Assembly: GCA_045536365.1 (NCBI GenBank)
Contig: JAZSNL010000016.1
Location: 46,003 to 110,002, forward strand
Source: Bacilli bacterium
GTDB taxonomy: Bacteria > Bacillota_I > Bacilli_A > ML615J-28 > CAG-313
Length of the DNA stretch: 64,000 nucleotides
Reading direction: 5' to 3'
Shown here piece by piece: positions 29,002-39,547 of the stretch; the first letter of the stretch is position 1; every line of letters begins with the position of its first letter. A program made the translations under genes and the position numbers. Under the pieces are notes generated by a model. The model had not been told where the DNA came from and made no database searches. It saw only the letters and a program-made list of their open reading frames with translations.

Positions 29002-29541
29002 ATGAATGTTTATGAAGATTATAAAAGTTATATGAATGAATATGCATCTTTATTAAAAAAATTTAATGATGCTAATTCAAAAATATTAATATGTGTATCT
29101 GATGTTATTAAAGTAACTGATTATATTTATCAAAAATTTAATAATAATGAAACTATTACTGAAGAAGAAAAAGAAATATTTGACATAGGATATGGATATT
29201 TAAGTAATGTTTTAAGTGATATTAAAACTTTTTATTATGATTATTTCGATAAAGACTTAGAAGAATTTGAAAAAAGAGTTGATTTAATTATCCTTGCAAT
29301 ATATGTAGATGATTATGTATGTTATTTAGAAAATAATGATTATATGAATGATGAATTAAAAGAAGAGTTAAAAAATATTGCTTATAAACTAGATAATATG
29401 CTTGCAAGTAAATCTCAAGTTGATGAAAAAACTGTTAAAAATATTGAAGCTCACGTATTAAGCTTATCTAGTTATCATAGTAGTTTTAGACCTGTTTATT
29501 TAATTTTCTCTATGATGATTGAAGAATTAGTAATATATTAA
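29002..29541 (+). CDS. Hypothetical acidic protein (179 aa)
   Basis: ORF with an AAAGAGGT RBS and no recognisable domain. Confidence 0.45.
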   Translation: MNVYEDYKSYMNEYASLLKKFNDANSKILICVSDVIKVTDYIYQKFNNNETITEEEKEIFDIGYGYLSNVLSDIKTFYYDYFDKDLEEFEKRVDLIILAIYVDDYVCYLENNDYMNDELKEELKNIAYKLDNMLASKSQVDEKTVKNIEAHVLSLSSYHSSFRPVYLIFSMMIEELVIY

Positions 29542-29542
29542 A

Positions 29543-29569
29543 AAAGAAGCATTTTATAAATGCTTCTTT
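29543..29569. terminator. Bidirectional terminator hairpin that overlaps the maf stop codon
   Basis: aaagaagcattt / aaatgcttcttt inverted repeat followed by atttttg. Confidence 0.5.
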
Positions 29570-30108
29570 ATTTTTGTATATAGCTCACATATAGGAAGTC
29601 CCATTACATTATAATAATCACCATCTATTTTTTCTATATAACGACAAGACATTCCTTGTATTGCATAAGCACCTGCTTTATCATAAACATTTTCAAGTGT
29701 TATGTATTCTAATATATTTTCTTTTGTCAATTCTTTAAATGTAACATATGTTTCTACTGCAAATACTTCTTTTTCTTTTTTTGAATATATTGCAACACCT
29801 GTAATTACTTGATGAGTTCTATTTGATAAAGTTGATAACATTTCTATTGCTTCTTCTTTGTTTCTAGGCTTCCCTAATATTTTGTTATCTATTACTACAA
29901 TTGTATCTGCTCCTATAACAATATCATCTTGATGATTCTTATATATATCTAATGCTTTTTGAATTGCAAGGGATTGAACAGTTTCAGATGGAGTTAATGT
30001 AGGATCAATAGTTTCCTCACATGATGAAGGAATTACTTTATGTTCAATATGTGCAAGTGATAGAATTTCTGTTCTTCTTGGTGATGCTGATGCAAGGATA
30101 ATAGCCAT
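29554..30108 (-). CDS. maf: Maf-like nucleoside triphosphate pyrophosphatase
   Basis: MAIILASASPRRTEIL and the GADT motif of the Maf family; 184 aa. Confidence 0.85.
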   Translation of the reverse strand: MAIILASASPRRTEILSLAHIEHKVIPSSCEETIDPTLTPSETVQSLAIQKALDIYKNHQDDIVIGADTIVVIDNKILGKPRNKEEAIEMLSTLSNRTHQVITGVAIYSKKEKEVFAVETYVTFKELTKENILEYITLENVYDKAGAYAIQGMSCRYIEKIDGDYYNVMGLPICELYTKIKKHL

Positions 30109-30190
30109 AGTTAGTACCTCTCTTTTATATTATTATACTATAATTTAATCTTTTTTTCAGTAAAATAAAAAACATTCTTTCGAATGTTTT

Positions 30191-30919
30191 TTATATTCTT
30201 TTTAAAAATTCCTTTGTTCTTTCGTATTTAGCATTATTAAATATTTGATCTGGAGTTCCTTTTTCTAAAACTACACCTTGATCCATAAAAATTATTTCAT
30301 TTGCTGCTTCTTTTGCAAAAGTCATTTCATGTGTAACAATTATCATTGTCATACCAGACTTTGCAAGTTCTTTCATTACTTCTAATACTTCTCCGACCAT
30401 TTCTGGATCAAGAGCAGAAGTAGGTTCATCAAATAAGATAACTTCTGGATTCATTGTTAATGCTCTTGCGATAGCTACACGTTGTTTTTGACCACCTGAT
30501 AGGCTTCTTGTATCTGCATGAATAAAGTCTTGCATTCCTACTTGACATAAGTATTTTTCAGCAATTTCTCTTGCTTCTTGTTTTGGTCTTTTTAATACTT
30601 TCGTTTGTGCAATCATGCAGTTTTCAATTACATTCATATTTTCAAATAAATTGAATGATTGAAATACCATACCGATGTTTTGACGTATATTATCTATATT
30701 AACTGATTTATCGTTTATATTTATTCCTTTAAAATAAATTTCACCACTAGTTGGTTGTTCTAATAAATTAATACATCTTAATAATGTTGATTTACCACTG
30801 CCAGATGATCCGATGATTGCGGTAACAGATCCTTTATAGATATCTAGATTTACACCTTTTAATACTTCTAAAGAATCAAAGTTTTTATATAGATTTTTTA
30901 TTTCAATTATTTTTTCCAT
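30191..30919 (-). CDS. Polar amino acid ABC transporter ATP-binding protein
   Basis: Walker [10 protein letters not shown], signature [15 protein letters not shown] and Walker [12 protein letters not shown]; GlnQ/HisP-like. Confidence 0.9.
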   Translation of the reverse strand: MEKIIEIKNLYKNFDSLEVLKGVNLDIYKGSVTAIIGSSGSGKSTLLRCINLLEQPTSGEIYFKGININDKSVNIDNIRQNIGMVFQSFNLFENMNVIENCMIAQTKVLKRPKQEAREIAEKYLCQVGMQDFIHADTRSLSGGQKQRVAIARALTMNPEVILFDEPTSALDPEMVGEVLEVMKELAKSGMTMIIVTHEMTFAKEAANEIIFMDQGVVLEKGTPDQIFNNAKYERTKEFLKRI

Positions 30920-30927
30920 ATTATCAC

Positions 30928-32025
30928 CTAATTAGAACTTGGTAATGGTTTTGAAACAAGGTTCATACGTTTTTCTAATAAACCAAGTAGTTTTGATATA
31001 CCTAAAGTTAAGCATAAATAAATTATTGCTGCGATAAAATAAGCATCTCCTGTTCCACCTTTACCATTTATCATACCTACTACATAGAATAAGTCGATTA
31101 CTGATACTACATTTAATACAGATGTATCTTTTATATTAATAATAAATTCATTACAAATAGCAGGTAAAGAATTTTTAATTCCTTGAGGTAAAATAACATG
31201 AGTCATTGCTTGAGTTCTTGTCATACCTAAACTTCTAGCCGCTTCCATTTGTCCTTTATTTAAAGATTCAATACCGCCTCGTAATACTTCTACTAAGTAT
31301 GCGGTAGTATTTAGACTTACTGTTATTAAACCTACTCTTGTTGCGGATAAGATTTCATTAACTGTTTGTTGATTTACTCCAAAGAAATTTACTATTATAA
31401 GAGGTAAAAAGTAATAAATTATTATTGCTTGTACCATCATTGGTGTACCTCTAAAAATAGTTACATATATTTTTACAAATCCTATCGCTATTTTTTTAAG
31501 GAATGCGGTAAATTCATTATCTTTTGGAGTAATTTCTTGTGTTCTAAATACTATAAACATTAAAGCAAGAATTAACCCAATTGCTGTACCAGCTAAACTT
31601 ATCCATATTGTTGTCCAAACACCCATTAATATCATTGGGTATTTATTTATACATATATATGCTAGTCTATAATGCAATGCTAATGCACTAATTTCTTCTA
31701 ATGTTGAATTTGCTGCAATTATAAATGTTCTTACTATTCCTAGTATTAAACAATCAATTACGACTAAAAGAAATATTACTATTGTTATTAAATATAGAAT
31801 TCTTTTAATTTTTTGATTTTTAAACACACATAAAATTAATATTTCTGCTATTAATAGAAGAATAGAAACTATTGTTAATATTAATCCAAGTGTGTTATTA
31901 AATATTCTAATTCCTCGAAGTGATGTATTAAAATAGATATATAATCCATATATACTAGTTATTAAAGTAAATAGTATATATAAACAATTTTCATATTTTC
32001 CTTTTTTATTAAAAAAATTAATCAT
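30928..32025 (-). CDS. Amino acid ABC transporter permease (HisM/GlnP family) with an extra ~130-aa N-terminal hydrophobic extension
   Basis: The C-terminal ~220 aa show the permease EAA-loop region ([21 protein letters not shown]). The N-terminal extension is made of TM segments. Confidence 0.8.
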   Translation of the reverse strand: MINFFNKKGKYENCLYILFTLITSIYGLYIYFNTSLRGIRIFNNTLGLILTIVSILLLIAEILILCVFKNQKIKRILYLITIVIFLLVVIDCLILGIVRTFIIAANSTLEEISALALHYRLAYICINKYPMILMGVWTTIWISLAGTAIGLILALMFIVFRTQEITPKDNEFTAFLKKIAIGFVKIYVTIFRGTPMMVQAIIIYYFLPLIIVNFFGVNQQTVNEILSATRVGLITVSLNTTAYLVEVLRGGIESLNKGQMEAARSLGMTRTQAMTHVILPQGIKNSLPAICNEFIINIKDTSVLNVVSVIDLFYVVGMINGKGGTGDAYFIAAIIYLCLTLGISKLLGLLEKRMNLVSKPLPSSN

Positions 32026-32837
32026 TATTCAGCGTTTTTAGCGATAGCTTGATCCATTAGTTGCATTCTTTCTTCTTCTGAAATAGAGGCTAGAACTTGA
32101 CTAATTTTTTCATTTAGTTCGCTTTCTCCTTTTCTTATTGCAATTGCAACACTAACATCTTCTTCTGATACATTAAATCCAGATTCTAATTTAATATATG
32201 TTAATTTAGGATTTGTTTTAATGATTCCTTTTGCAACTGGTTCTTCTAAAATTGTAATATCTGCTCTTTTTGTTGAAATAGCTGTAATAATTGTAGTAAC
32301 ATCTGCAAGTGGTGTTAAATGGTTAACTCCTTCTAATTGATCAATTAAACTATCATATAAAGTTTCAATTTGACCTACTACATTTGCGCCTTCAAAATCA
32401 CTTAGTGTTTTACCATTAATATACTTTGAATCTTTTTCCATCACTAAAACGTGTGTAGAACGATAATATGGAGCAGTAAAATCAACACTTGCTCTTCTTT
32501 CTTCTGTATTACTCATACCTGCTATAATTGCATCAATTTTACCTGTTGATAATGCTGTTATTAATCCATCCCATTCAATTGCTTTAATAACTAGTCTATA
32601 TCCTAATTGATCAGCTATCTTTTTTGCTATTTGTACATCATATCCTTCTGCATATAATTTAGTTCCATCAATAGGATAGTTAGTATCTGTTTGAAACATT
32701 TCAGTCCAGTTAAATGGAGCATACGCACATTCCATACCTACTGTAAATGTTGGACGGTTATCTGGTTCTGGTTCCTTACAACTTGCTATGCTTAGTGTTG
32801 TTAATAAAATTGCGATTGTTAAAATTATTTTTTTCAT
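32025..32837 (-). CDS. Amino acid ABC transporter substrate-binding lipoprotein
   Basis: Track start 32873. The preferred start is MKKIILTIAILLTTLSIASC at 32837 with an AAGGAG RBS and a lipobox. Family 3 SBP fold motifs are present. Confidence 0.85.
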   Translation of the reverse strand: MKKIILTIAILLTTLSIASCKEPEPDNRPTFTVGMECAYAPFNWTEMFQTDTNYPIDGTKLYAEGYDVQIAKKIADQLGYRLVIKAIEWDGLITALSTGKIDAIIAGMSNTEERRASVDFTAPYYRSTHVLVMEKDSKYINGKTLSDFEGANVVGQIETLYDSLIDQLEGVNHLTPLADVTTIITAISTKRADITILEEPVAKGIIKTNPKLTYIKLESGFNVSEEDVSVAIAIRKGESELNEKISQVLASISEEERMQLMDQAIAKNAE

Positions 32838-32861
32838 ATTTTTCTCCTTTTCTAAAATGAA

Positions 32862-32887
32862 AAAAAGCGTCATTATGACGCTTTTTT
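32862..32887 (-). terminator. Attenuator/terminator hairpin immediately upstream of the ABC transporter RBS
   Basis: aaaaaagcgtca...tgacgctttttt inverted repeat with T-runs. It sits between a ~190-nt leader and the RBS at 32843-32849. Confidence 0.55.
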
Positions 32888-33074
32888 ATTACATATTAAT
32901 AATTACAGCGCCTCTACAAAATTCTGTAGGAGTGTTATAGGTATTTCCTATAACCCCACCAAATAATTATGCCTAATTATTCAGTTCGGCGATGGTTGCC
33001 TTTCAATACTTTCTTCGTATGCCTACTCCAGTATTTACTTTTCTGCATCGCTACCTCTATATATTTATTTTTAC
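32888..33074 (-). promoter_or_regulatory. About 190-nt structured 5' leader of the amino-acid ABC operon. It is a candidate riboswitch, possibly lysine (L-box) type, but the class is unconfirmed.
   Basis: The minus-strand leader carries AGAGGUAGCG, GGAGUAGGCAUACGAAG and CAUCGCCGAAC motifs in the same order as L-box GAGGCGC...GGAG...UCGCCGAAG. It also has an 8-bp hairpin (guuauagg / ccuauaac) and the terminator above. Its own promoter lies upstream. Confidence 0.3.
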
Positions 33075-33080
33075 GTTATT

Positions 33081-33109
33081 ATTATACCATTAATTAGAAT
33101 ATTTTTAAA
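33081..33109 (-). promoter_or_regulatory. Candidate promoter for the leader and ABC operon: TTTAAA, 17 nt spacer, TGGTATAAT (extended -10)
   Basis: Minus strand reads tggtataat (the -10 is the complement of 33081-33086, with the TG extension). A weak -35 tttaaa lies at 33104-33109. Confidence 0.35.
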
Positions 33110-33128
33110 CTAATATGCTCTATAATTT

Positions 33129-33386
33129 CTAATTTCTATCAGTTTCACTTACAAGTTCATACATAAGAGGAGCATCTACTTTTTTAGTAGAATCAATTAA
33201 TGATACAACCCTTACTACTATTGTTTTTTTACCATAATTAATTGTTATAACATCTCCAACTTTTACTTCTTTAGATGGTTTTGCTACAACACCATTTACT
33301 AAAACATGTTCTGCTGAACTTGCTTCTTTTGCAAGAGTTCTTCTTTTAATTAATCTTGAAACTTTTAAATATTTATCAAGACGCAT
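33129..33386 (-). CDS. yabO: S4-domain RNA-binding protein (YabO/Hsp15-like)
   Basis: The 85-aa protein [21 protein letters not shown] has an S4 fold signature. Its position downstream of ftsH matches Bacillus. Confidence 0.75.
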   Translation of the reverse strand: MRLDKYLKVSRLIKRRTLAKEASSAEHVLVNGVVAKPSKEVKVGDVITINYGKKTIVVRVVSLIDSTKKVDAPLMYELVSETDRN

Positions 33387-35446
33387 TATTCTTCCTCTTT
33401 TGGTTCTTCAATAACTTCTTCAGTTTCTTCTTTTGATTCTTCAATAACTTGGTCAGCTTTTTCTTCTTCAGTGTAATATACTACATCTGGTTCTTCAGGG
33501 GCTTCTGCTGCTTTTTGAGCTTCTTCAGCCATCTTAGCTTTTTTCTTTTCCCACCAAGTTAGTTGGCCAGTATTAACTAATTCATCAATATCTTCTTTAG
33601 TTAATGTTTCGATTTCAACTAGATGTTGAGCAATTAAGTCTAATAATTTACGATTTTCAATTAATGTTTCTTTACCTAATTCATAACATTCATTGATAAT
33701 CTTTCTAACTTCTTGGTCAATTTCTAAGGCAACTTGATCTGAGAAGTTCTTATCTTTCATATAATCTCTGCCTAGGAATACATTACCTCTATCTGTTTCA
33801 TATTGAATAGGACCTAATGAACTCATACCATATTCAGTAACCATTGATCTTGCAATAGCAGTAGCTCTACGAAAATCATCATAAGCTCCCGTTGTCATTT
33901 GATTAAATACTACTTCTTCAGCAATTCTACCAGCTAAATAACTTGTAATCATTGCCATTAATTCTTGTTTAGTATTTGTAAATGTTTCTTGTTCAGGAAC
34001 TAATAAATTATATCCTCCTGCTGTACCACGAGGTATAATAGTAACCTTTTGAACACGTGCTGCGTGTTTTAATTTGATACCTATTACAGCATGACCAGCT
34101 TCATGGTATGCAGTTAAAGCTTTTTCTGTTTCTGTATATTTCTTAGATTTCTTTGCAGGACCCATAATTACACGGTCAATTGCTTCAGAAATATGATAAA
34201 TTTTAATTTCACGACAATTTTCTCTTGCTGCAAGTAATGCTGCTTCATTAAGTAAATTTTCTAAATCTGCACCACTAAATCCTGGAGTTTGTTTTGCAAT
34301 TTCACCGAAATTAACTCTTGGTGAAATACGTTTATTTCTTGCATGAACTTTTAATATTTCTTCTCTTGCTTTAACATCAGGTAAACCAATTGTGATTTGT
34401 CTATCGAAACGACCAGGTCTTAATAAAGCAGGGTCTAAGATATCTGCTCTATTAGTTGCAGCCATAACAATAATACCGCTGTTACCTGCAAATCCATCCA
34501 TTTCAACTAGTAATTGATTTAGTGTTTGTTCTCTTTCATCATGTCCACCACCAAGACCAGCGCCTCTTTGACGACCTACTGCGTCAATTTCATCAATGAA
34601 AATGATACAAGGAGCATTTTGTTTAGCGATTTTAAACATATCTCTAACACGGCTCGCACCAACACCAACAAACATTTCAACAAAGTCTGAACCTGAAATA
34701 GTGTAGAATGGAACATTTGCTTCACCCGCAACAGCTCTCGCAAGTAAAGTTTTACCTGTACCAGGTCTACCTACTAATAAAATACCTTTTGGAATTCTAG
34801 CTCCCATATCAAAATATTTTTTAGGGCTCTTTAAGAAGTCAACGATTTCCACCATTTCTTCTTTTTCTTCATCTAATCCTGCTACATCTTTGAAAGTAAC
34901 ACCAGATTTTCTTGATACTCTTGCTCTGCTCTTACCAAAATCAAATGCTTGATTATTTCCTTTATTAGCTTTCATAACTGATGATACTACAAATATTGCA
35001 ATACCAATCATTACAATAATACTTAAAAGTGATAACCATGGGAATGAAGTTGGAATTGCAAGTTCAACAATTTTGAATCCTGCTCCTTCAACCTTTGATA
35101 ATTCACTTATCATTTGATATGTTTCCCAAGTAACTAATGAAGTAAATGTTGAATATCCACCTACCGCATTTTTAAATTCTTCTTTAAAAGTACCTGTTAC
35201 TTTAATCAATTCATTATGATTTGTTGTTTCAAAATATATTTCATTAATAACTATTGGATCTGATAAAACAATTTTACCATTAACATCATATGTATAAATG
35301 TATTGTTCAAATTGTGCTTGAGTTAATTCTTTGTTTTTCTTTGCTCCTGCTAAAGCATATACTACCATTGAAATCGCAATTGCAGCTAAAACAAAGATAA
35401 CAATTAAATTACCAGGTCCTAATTTTCTTCTTTTAATCTCTGACAT
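33386..35446 (-). CDS. ftsH: ATP-dependent zinc metalloprotease FtsH
   Basis: AAA Walker A GPPGTGKT-like (GRPGTGKT), SRH region and HEAGHA zinc motif; 686 aa. Confidence 0.95.
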   Translation of the reverse strand: MSEIKRRKLGPGNLIVIFVLAAIAISMVVYALAGAKKNKELTQAQFEQYIYTYDVNGKIVLSDPIVINEIYFETTNHNELIKVTGTFKEEFKNAVGGYSTFTSLVTWETYQMISELSKVEGAGFKIVELAIPTSFPWLSLLSIIVMIGIAIFVVSSVMKANKGNNQAFDFGKSRARVSRKSGVTFKDVAGLDEEKEEMVEIVDFLKSPKKYFDMGARIPKGILLVGRPGTGKTLLARAVAGEANVPFYTISGSDFVEMFVGVGASRVRDMFKIAKQNAPCIIFIDEIDAVGRQRGAGLGGGHDEREQTLNQLLVEMDGFAGNSGIIVMAATNRADILDPALLRPGRFDRQITIGLPDVKAREEILKVHARNKRISPRVNFGEIAKQTPGFSGADLENLLNEAALLAARENCREIKIYHISEAIDRVIMGPAKKSKKYTETEKALTAYHEAGHAVIGIKLKHAARVQKVTIIPRGTAGGYNLLVPEQETFTNTKQELMAMITSYLAGRIAEEVVFNQMTTGAYDDFRRATAIARSMVTEYGMSSLGPIQYETDRGNVFLGRDYMKDKNFSDQVALEIDQEVRKIINECYELGKETLIENRKLLDLIAQHLVEIETLTKEDIDELVNTGQLTWWEKKKAKMAEEAQKAAEAPEEPDVVYYTEEEKADQVIEESKEETEEVIEEPKEEE

Positions 35447-35464
35447 TTTAATTCCTCTTCCTTT

Positions 35465-36733
35465 CTAATGTTTTATAACATATCCTAAAATTGCAGTAAC
35501 TATATCATTTTCACATAATAATAGAATATTTCTTCTTTCTAAGGAAGGAACTTTTTTATTTGTTAAGTAATCACTTACTGATATAGTACCGACTTTAGTC
35601 TTTATTTTATCACCGTTTTTTCTTGTTCGTATAATAATCGGTAAACCTTTTATATTATACCATAAATTACCTTTATTTGTATTAAAATAACAACAATTTT
35701 TATCGACTATTAACTTATTATTATCTAATAAATCATAAGTTCCTGCTTCAGTTATTTCTAAATAAAAATTTTTTTCGGAAATATCAAAATTAACAAATTG
35801 AATATATCCATATTCTTTAATCATTGTTAATTCTAAATTAATTTTAGATATGATTTTATTTTTATCACTTTTAATTTGTTTAATAATATCATCAATACAG
35901 GTTTTAGATAAATTAAATTTTCTTAAAATTCTAAATAAAATTTGAACTTGTAAATATTCAGTTAATTTTAAATATTCATCTATTTTAAATTGAATTAATA
36001 TTTCATTATTATTATTTTTTACTAAAACATGGTTTTTTATAAAGGAAACTTTTTCTTTTTCTAATAATTCATTTGCAGATAAAATTGTTTTATTATAATA
36101 ACTTATTGCTTCATATAAATTAGGGTTTTCTTCTAATAAGATTGGTGTTATATATTTTCTTATACGATTTCTTGTATAATCATCTGAATAATTAGAATCA
36201 TCTTGATAATAGAAAATATTATTTTTTACCGCATATTCCATTATTTCTTTTTTTGAATTTTCTAATAAAGGTCTAAAAATATAATAATTTTCTTTTTTAG
36301 TTAACTCTTCAATACCTGCATATCCTTTTAATGAAGATGATTTTAACAATCTCATTATAATAGTTTCTAAATTATCATCCGCATGATGAGCAGTGATTAA
36401 ATAATCTGCGTTTTCTTTCTCCATAATTTCATCAAAAAATTGATATCTTTGATCTCTTGCCCATTCTTGAAAATTACTTTCTTCATAATGTGGAAGAACT
36501 TTAACGTAACATTTTAATCCTTTTTCTAAACAATATTTTTTAATATATTCTTCTTCTAAAGTAGATTGAGTTCTTTTTTGATGATTAATGTGGGAAATAA
36601 TTATTTTACTATTTTTTGTATAGTTTAATAGTAAATTTAATAATACCATTGAATCAATGCCTGTTGAACACGCAAGAACAATAGTTTTATTATTTAGTTG
36701 TTCTTTAATTTTGTCAATTGCTTTTTTCAACAT
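35465..36733 (-). CDS. tilS: tRNA(Ile)-lysidine synthetase
   Basis: PP-loop motif ACSTGIDSMVL (an SGGxDS variant); conserved position upstream of ftsH. Confidence 0.85.
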   Translation of the reverse strand: MLKKAIDKIKEQLNNKTIVLACSTGIDSMVLLNLLLNYTKNSKIIISHINHQKRTQSTLEEEYIKKYCLEKGLKCYVKVLPHYEESNFQEWARDQRYQFFDEIMEKENADYLITAHHADDNLETIIMRLLKSSSLKGYAGIEELTKKENYYIFRPLLENSKKEIMEYAVKNNIFYYQDDSNYSDDYTRNRIRKYITPILLEENPNLYEAISYYNKTILSANELLEKEKVSFIKNHVLVKNNNNEILIQFKIDEYLKLTEYLQVQILFRILRKFNLSKTCIDDIIKQIKSDKNKIISKINLELTMIKEYGYIQFVNFDISEKNFYLEITEAGTYDLLDNNKLIVDKNCCYFNTNKGNLWYNIKGLPIIIRTRKNGDKIKTKVGTISVSDYLTNKKVPSLERRNILLLCENDIVTAILGYVIKH

Positions 36734-36760
36734 ATTATTTATTCCCTTTCATTATTATGT

Positions 36761-36789
36761 ATTATACTATTTTTTTTACTTTTTGTAAA
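36761..36789 (-). promoter_or_regulatory. Promoter for tilS-ftsH-yabO: TTTACA, 17 nt spacer, TATAAT
   Basis: Minus strand reads tttaca, aaaagtaaaaaaaatag, tataat. The -10 is the complement of 36761-36766 and the -35 the complement of 36784-36789. Confidence 0.5.
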
Positions 36790-36831
36790 GGTTTAAGTGA
36801 TATATTTCAGTTTTTTCACACATTAAAATAA

Positions 36832-36854
36832 AAAAGTGTAGAAACTACACTTTT
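36832..36854 (-). terminator. Terminator of the murF-ddl operon
   Basis: aaaagtgtag / ctacactttt stem with a 3-nt loop, followed by a T-run on the minus strand. It abuts the ddl stop codon. Confidence 0.55.
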
Positions 36855-37977
36855 ATTTTTTTAGTTTTTCTCCTTTATTAAAAAGGACATTTGAATTAAA
36901 TGTTTTAATATATTTTAATTTTTGTTTTTGTTCATACAAAGCATTTTTAATTTGTTTATCTATTAATTCAGTAAATGATATTTCATATAAATAATACGCA
37001 AGAGATCCAGGAATTGTGTTTATTTCATTAACGTATATTTTATTATTTAAATTATCATATAAATAATCTATTCTTATAATTCCTTTAAATGATAATGAAC
37101 TATATATTTTTTTAGTATATTCAGATATTTGTTCTTTTAATTCGTTAGAAATATCTGCAGGAATAATTCTAGAACTTTGATTTTGTTGTTTATTTATATA
37201 TTTATCTGTAAAAGTTAATAATTCATTATTTGTTGATACTTCTTCAATTTGTGATATTTGGTATTTGGATATTTCTCTATAAATTGATTGATTAAACTCT
37301 CGATATTGTTCTAAAGCTGGTTCAATTAATAACTTTTCAGAATATTTGAAGGATTCCATTATAAATTGATACGCTTCTTCTAAAGTATGAGCAATTTTAA
37401 TTCCAATGCTGGAGCCCAAATTATAAGGTTTTATAATAATAGGTAATGTTATTTCATCTAATTTTTTTGATAATTGATTGTGATTATATGTATGTTTATT
37501 TAATGTAACATATGGTAGAGTTGGTATTTTTAACGATTCTAAAACGTATTTAGTTACTATTTTGTCTTGAGCAATAGAACTAGACAAGATATCTGATGAT
37601 GTATATGGCACATTTAAGAAATCTAAATATCCTGATAGTGTTCCATCTTCTATATTAGCACCATGAACTGTTGGAATGAATATATCTATGTAGTCTATTT
37701 TTCTTCTTTTAGATATATCTAAATAATATAATAAATGGTTTTCATTGTAAAAGGTTACTACTTTACATTTATTAAAATTTCCTTTTTTATATGTTTCAAG
37801 ATCAAATAATGATTTATGAGTTAATATTTCATTATTTTTAGTAATGTAAAAAGGTATAACTTGATATTTTTCTTTATCTATTTCATGATAAACTTGTAAT
37901 GCGGTGAGAATGGATATATCATGTTCTACACTTTGACCTCCAAAAATAATGCCTACTTTTAGTTTTTCATTTAACAT
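36853..37977 (-). CDS. ddl: D-alanine--D-alanine ligase
   Basis: N-terminal KVGIIFGGQSVEHDISILTA and the ATP-grasp C-terminal region; 374 aa. Confidence 0.85.
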   Translation of the reverse strand: MLNEKLKVGIIFGGQSVEHDISILTALQVYHEIDKEKYQVIPFYITKNNEILTHKSLFDLETYKKGNFNKCKVVTFYNENHLLYYLDISKRRKIDYIDIFIPTVHGANIEDGTLSGYLDFLNVPYTSSDILSSSIAQDKIVTKYVLESLKIPTLPYVTLNKHTYNHNQLSKKLDEITLPIIIKPYNLGSSIGIKIAHTLEEAYQFIMESFKYSEKLLIEPALEQYREFNQSIYREISKYQISQIEEVSTNNELLTFTDKYINKQQNQSSRIIPADISNELKEQISEYTKKIYSSLSFKGIIRIDYLYDNLNNKIYVNEINTIPGSLAYYLYEISFTELIDKQIKNALYEQKQKLKYIKTFNSNVLFNKGEKLKK

Positions 37978-39547
37978 TTTTATTCCTTTCTAAAAAATTA
38001 TCTGGTAAGTCATTTTCTATTAAAATACTCACTTCATAATTTTGATTTAAATGTTTTGATAGGATATGTTGATAAGCTTCTTTAAAGCTTTCATATATAT
38101 ATACATTATTAGTTTTATTTATTTCTTGTAAATAATTATATATATATTTTGATGATTGATTATTTATTAAATATATTTCATCAAATACAAATAATTCTTT
38201 TGAAATGTTTTCATTATATTGTTTTTGTGAAGTATTTAGATCAACAAGTCCTGGTGTGATGATTATTTTATATGTATTCATTTGACTTAATACTTTTATT
38301 GCGTTGGAAAAGCCTTTTATATTTGAATTATAGCTGTCATCAAAAAGATATATATTTTGTTCTTTTGATAATGATAATCGATGAGGAATGGATTCCATAT
38401 TGTAAATAGATTCAGCGAATTCTTCATCTGTTATAAATATATTAAATCTTTCTAAGGCTTTAATTACACCATAAGACAAGAGAATATTATATATATTATG
38501 GTAACCTAATAGTAATGTATCAATGTTTATTTTTTTATTATTATAATTAATATTAAAATTAGTTGTTAATTTATTATTTGTATTATTAAACTTTATATCT
38601 GTTGATGTAATATCTGTTTCCTTATTATCTATTCCTATTTTTATAATATTTTTATTTTTAATATTTCTTTTTTTAATATATTCATTATCATAGTTTAATA
38701 TTGGAATTGCTGAAGAATAATCGACTATTTCGAATTTTGAATTAATGATGTTATTTATATTTTTAAATGTTTCTAGATGTTGTTCTCCTATATCAGTTAT
38801 AACAACAATATCAGGGTTGATTAATTTTGTCATTTCTTTTATTTCATTTGGTCTAAATGCACCCATTTCACAAATAAAAATTTCAATATTATTATTTAAT
38901 TGTTCGTTAATTGTTTTTGTTATTCCTTGTAAAGTATTATAAGATTTAGGTGTTGTGAGGGTAAAGAAATGATCAGATAAAATATTGTTTATAATATTTT
39001 TTGTTGATGTTTTTCCATAACTTCCTGTTACCGCAATTTTTATTAATTTTTTGTTATGTTTTAATTTCTTTTCTGCATTATTTACATAGTATCTTGTTAT
39101 CATTTTTTCTAAAGGTTGATTAATAATATTTGTTATGATAATTAAATATGGTATTAATAATAAGTTTAATGAATAAATGAATAGAGTTATTTTATTATAG
39201 AATAGTGTTGTTATTATTAGAATTGTTGATATTAATAAAATATTTGTAATTATTAATCTTATTATTCTTTTTGTTATTTTTAATTTAATTATAAATTCAT
39301 CTTTAAAATGTAATGATATTATAGAAAATAATATTATTATTAACTGAATATACCAATACTTAATTGTTGTAGATATGATAATAAAATATGAAAGAATTAT
39401 ATATGGTTTAAGATAATAATTTGATAAGTGTTTTAAGAGTTTTTTATTATCATAGTGTTCTTGTTGATATATATTTAGGGTATAATAATATGTTTTCGTT
39501 ATTAAAAGGGTTAAAGATAAATATTTAAGTATTTGAAATATGATCAT
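37967..39547 (-). CDS. murF: UDP-N-acetylmuramoyl-tripeptide--D-alanyl-D-alanine ligase with an atypical hydrophobic N-terminal ~150 aa
   Basis: Mur ligase P-loop IAVTGSYGKTSTKN at about residue 175. It is adjacent to ddl and overlaps it by 11 nt. The N-terminal region is strongly hydrophobic (predicted TM helices) rather than the usual soluble N-domain. Confidence 0.75.
   Translation of the reverse strand: MIIFQILKYLSLTLLITKTYYYTLNIYQQEHYDNKKLLKHLSNYYLKPYIILSYFIIISTTIKYWYIQLIIILFSIISLHFKDEFIIKLKITKRIIRLIITNILLISTILIITTLFYNKITLFIYSLNLLLIPYLIIITNIINQPLEKMITRYYVNNAEKKLKHNKKLIKIAVTGSYGKTSTKNIINNILSDHFFTLTTPKSYNTLQGITKTINEQLNNNIEIFICEMGAFRPNEIKEMTKLINPDIVVITDIGEQHLETFKNINNIINSKFEIVDYSSAIPILNYDNEYIKKRNIKNKNIIKIGIDNKETDITSTDIKFNNTNNKLTTNFNINYNNKKINIDTLLLGYHNIYNILLSYGVIKALERFNIFITDEEFAESIYNMESIPHRLSLSKEQNIYLFDDSYNSNIKGFSNAIKVLSQMNTYKIIITPGLVDLNTSQKQYNENISKELFVFDEIYLINNQSSKYIYNYLQEINKTNNVYIYESFKEAYQHILSKHLNQNYEVSILIENDLPDNFLERNKNVK

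Noticed and set aside
32888-33074. A T-box leader for the amino-acid ABC operon
   Set aside because: I could not find the conserved T-box sequence (AAUUAGGGUGGNACCGCG) or an antiterminator that competes with the terminator 5' arm. The only similarity is a loose AAUUAUUUGGUGGGG stretch. A lysine-riboswitch-like or unknown leader seems more plausible, but neither is confirmed.
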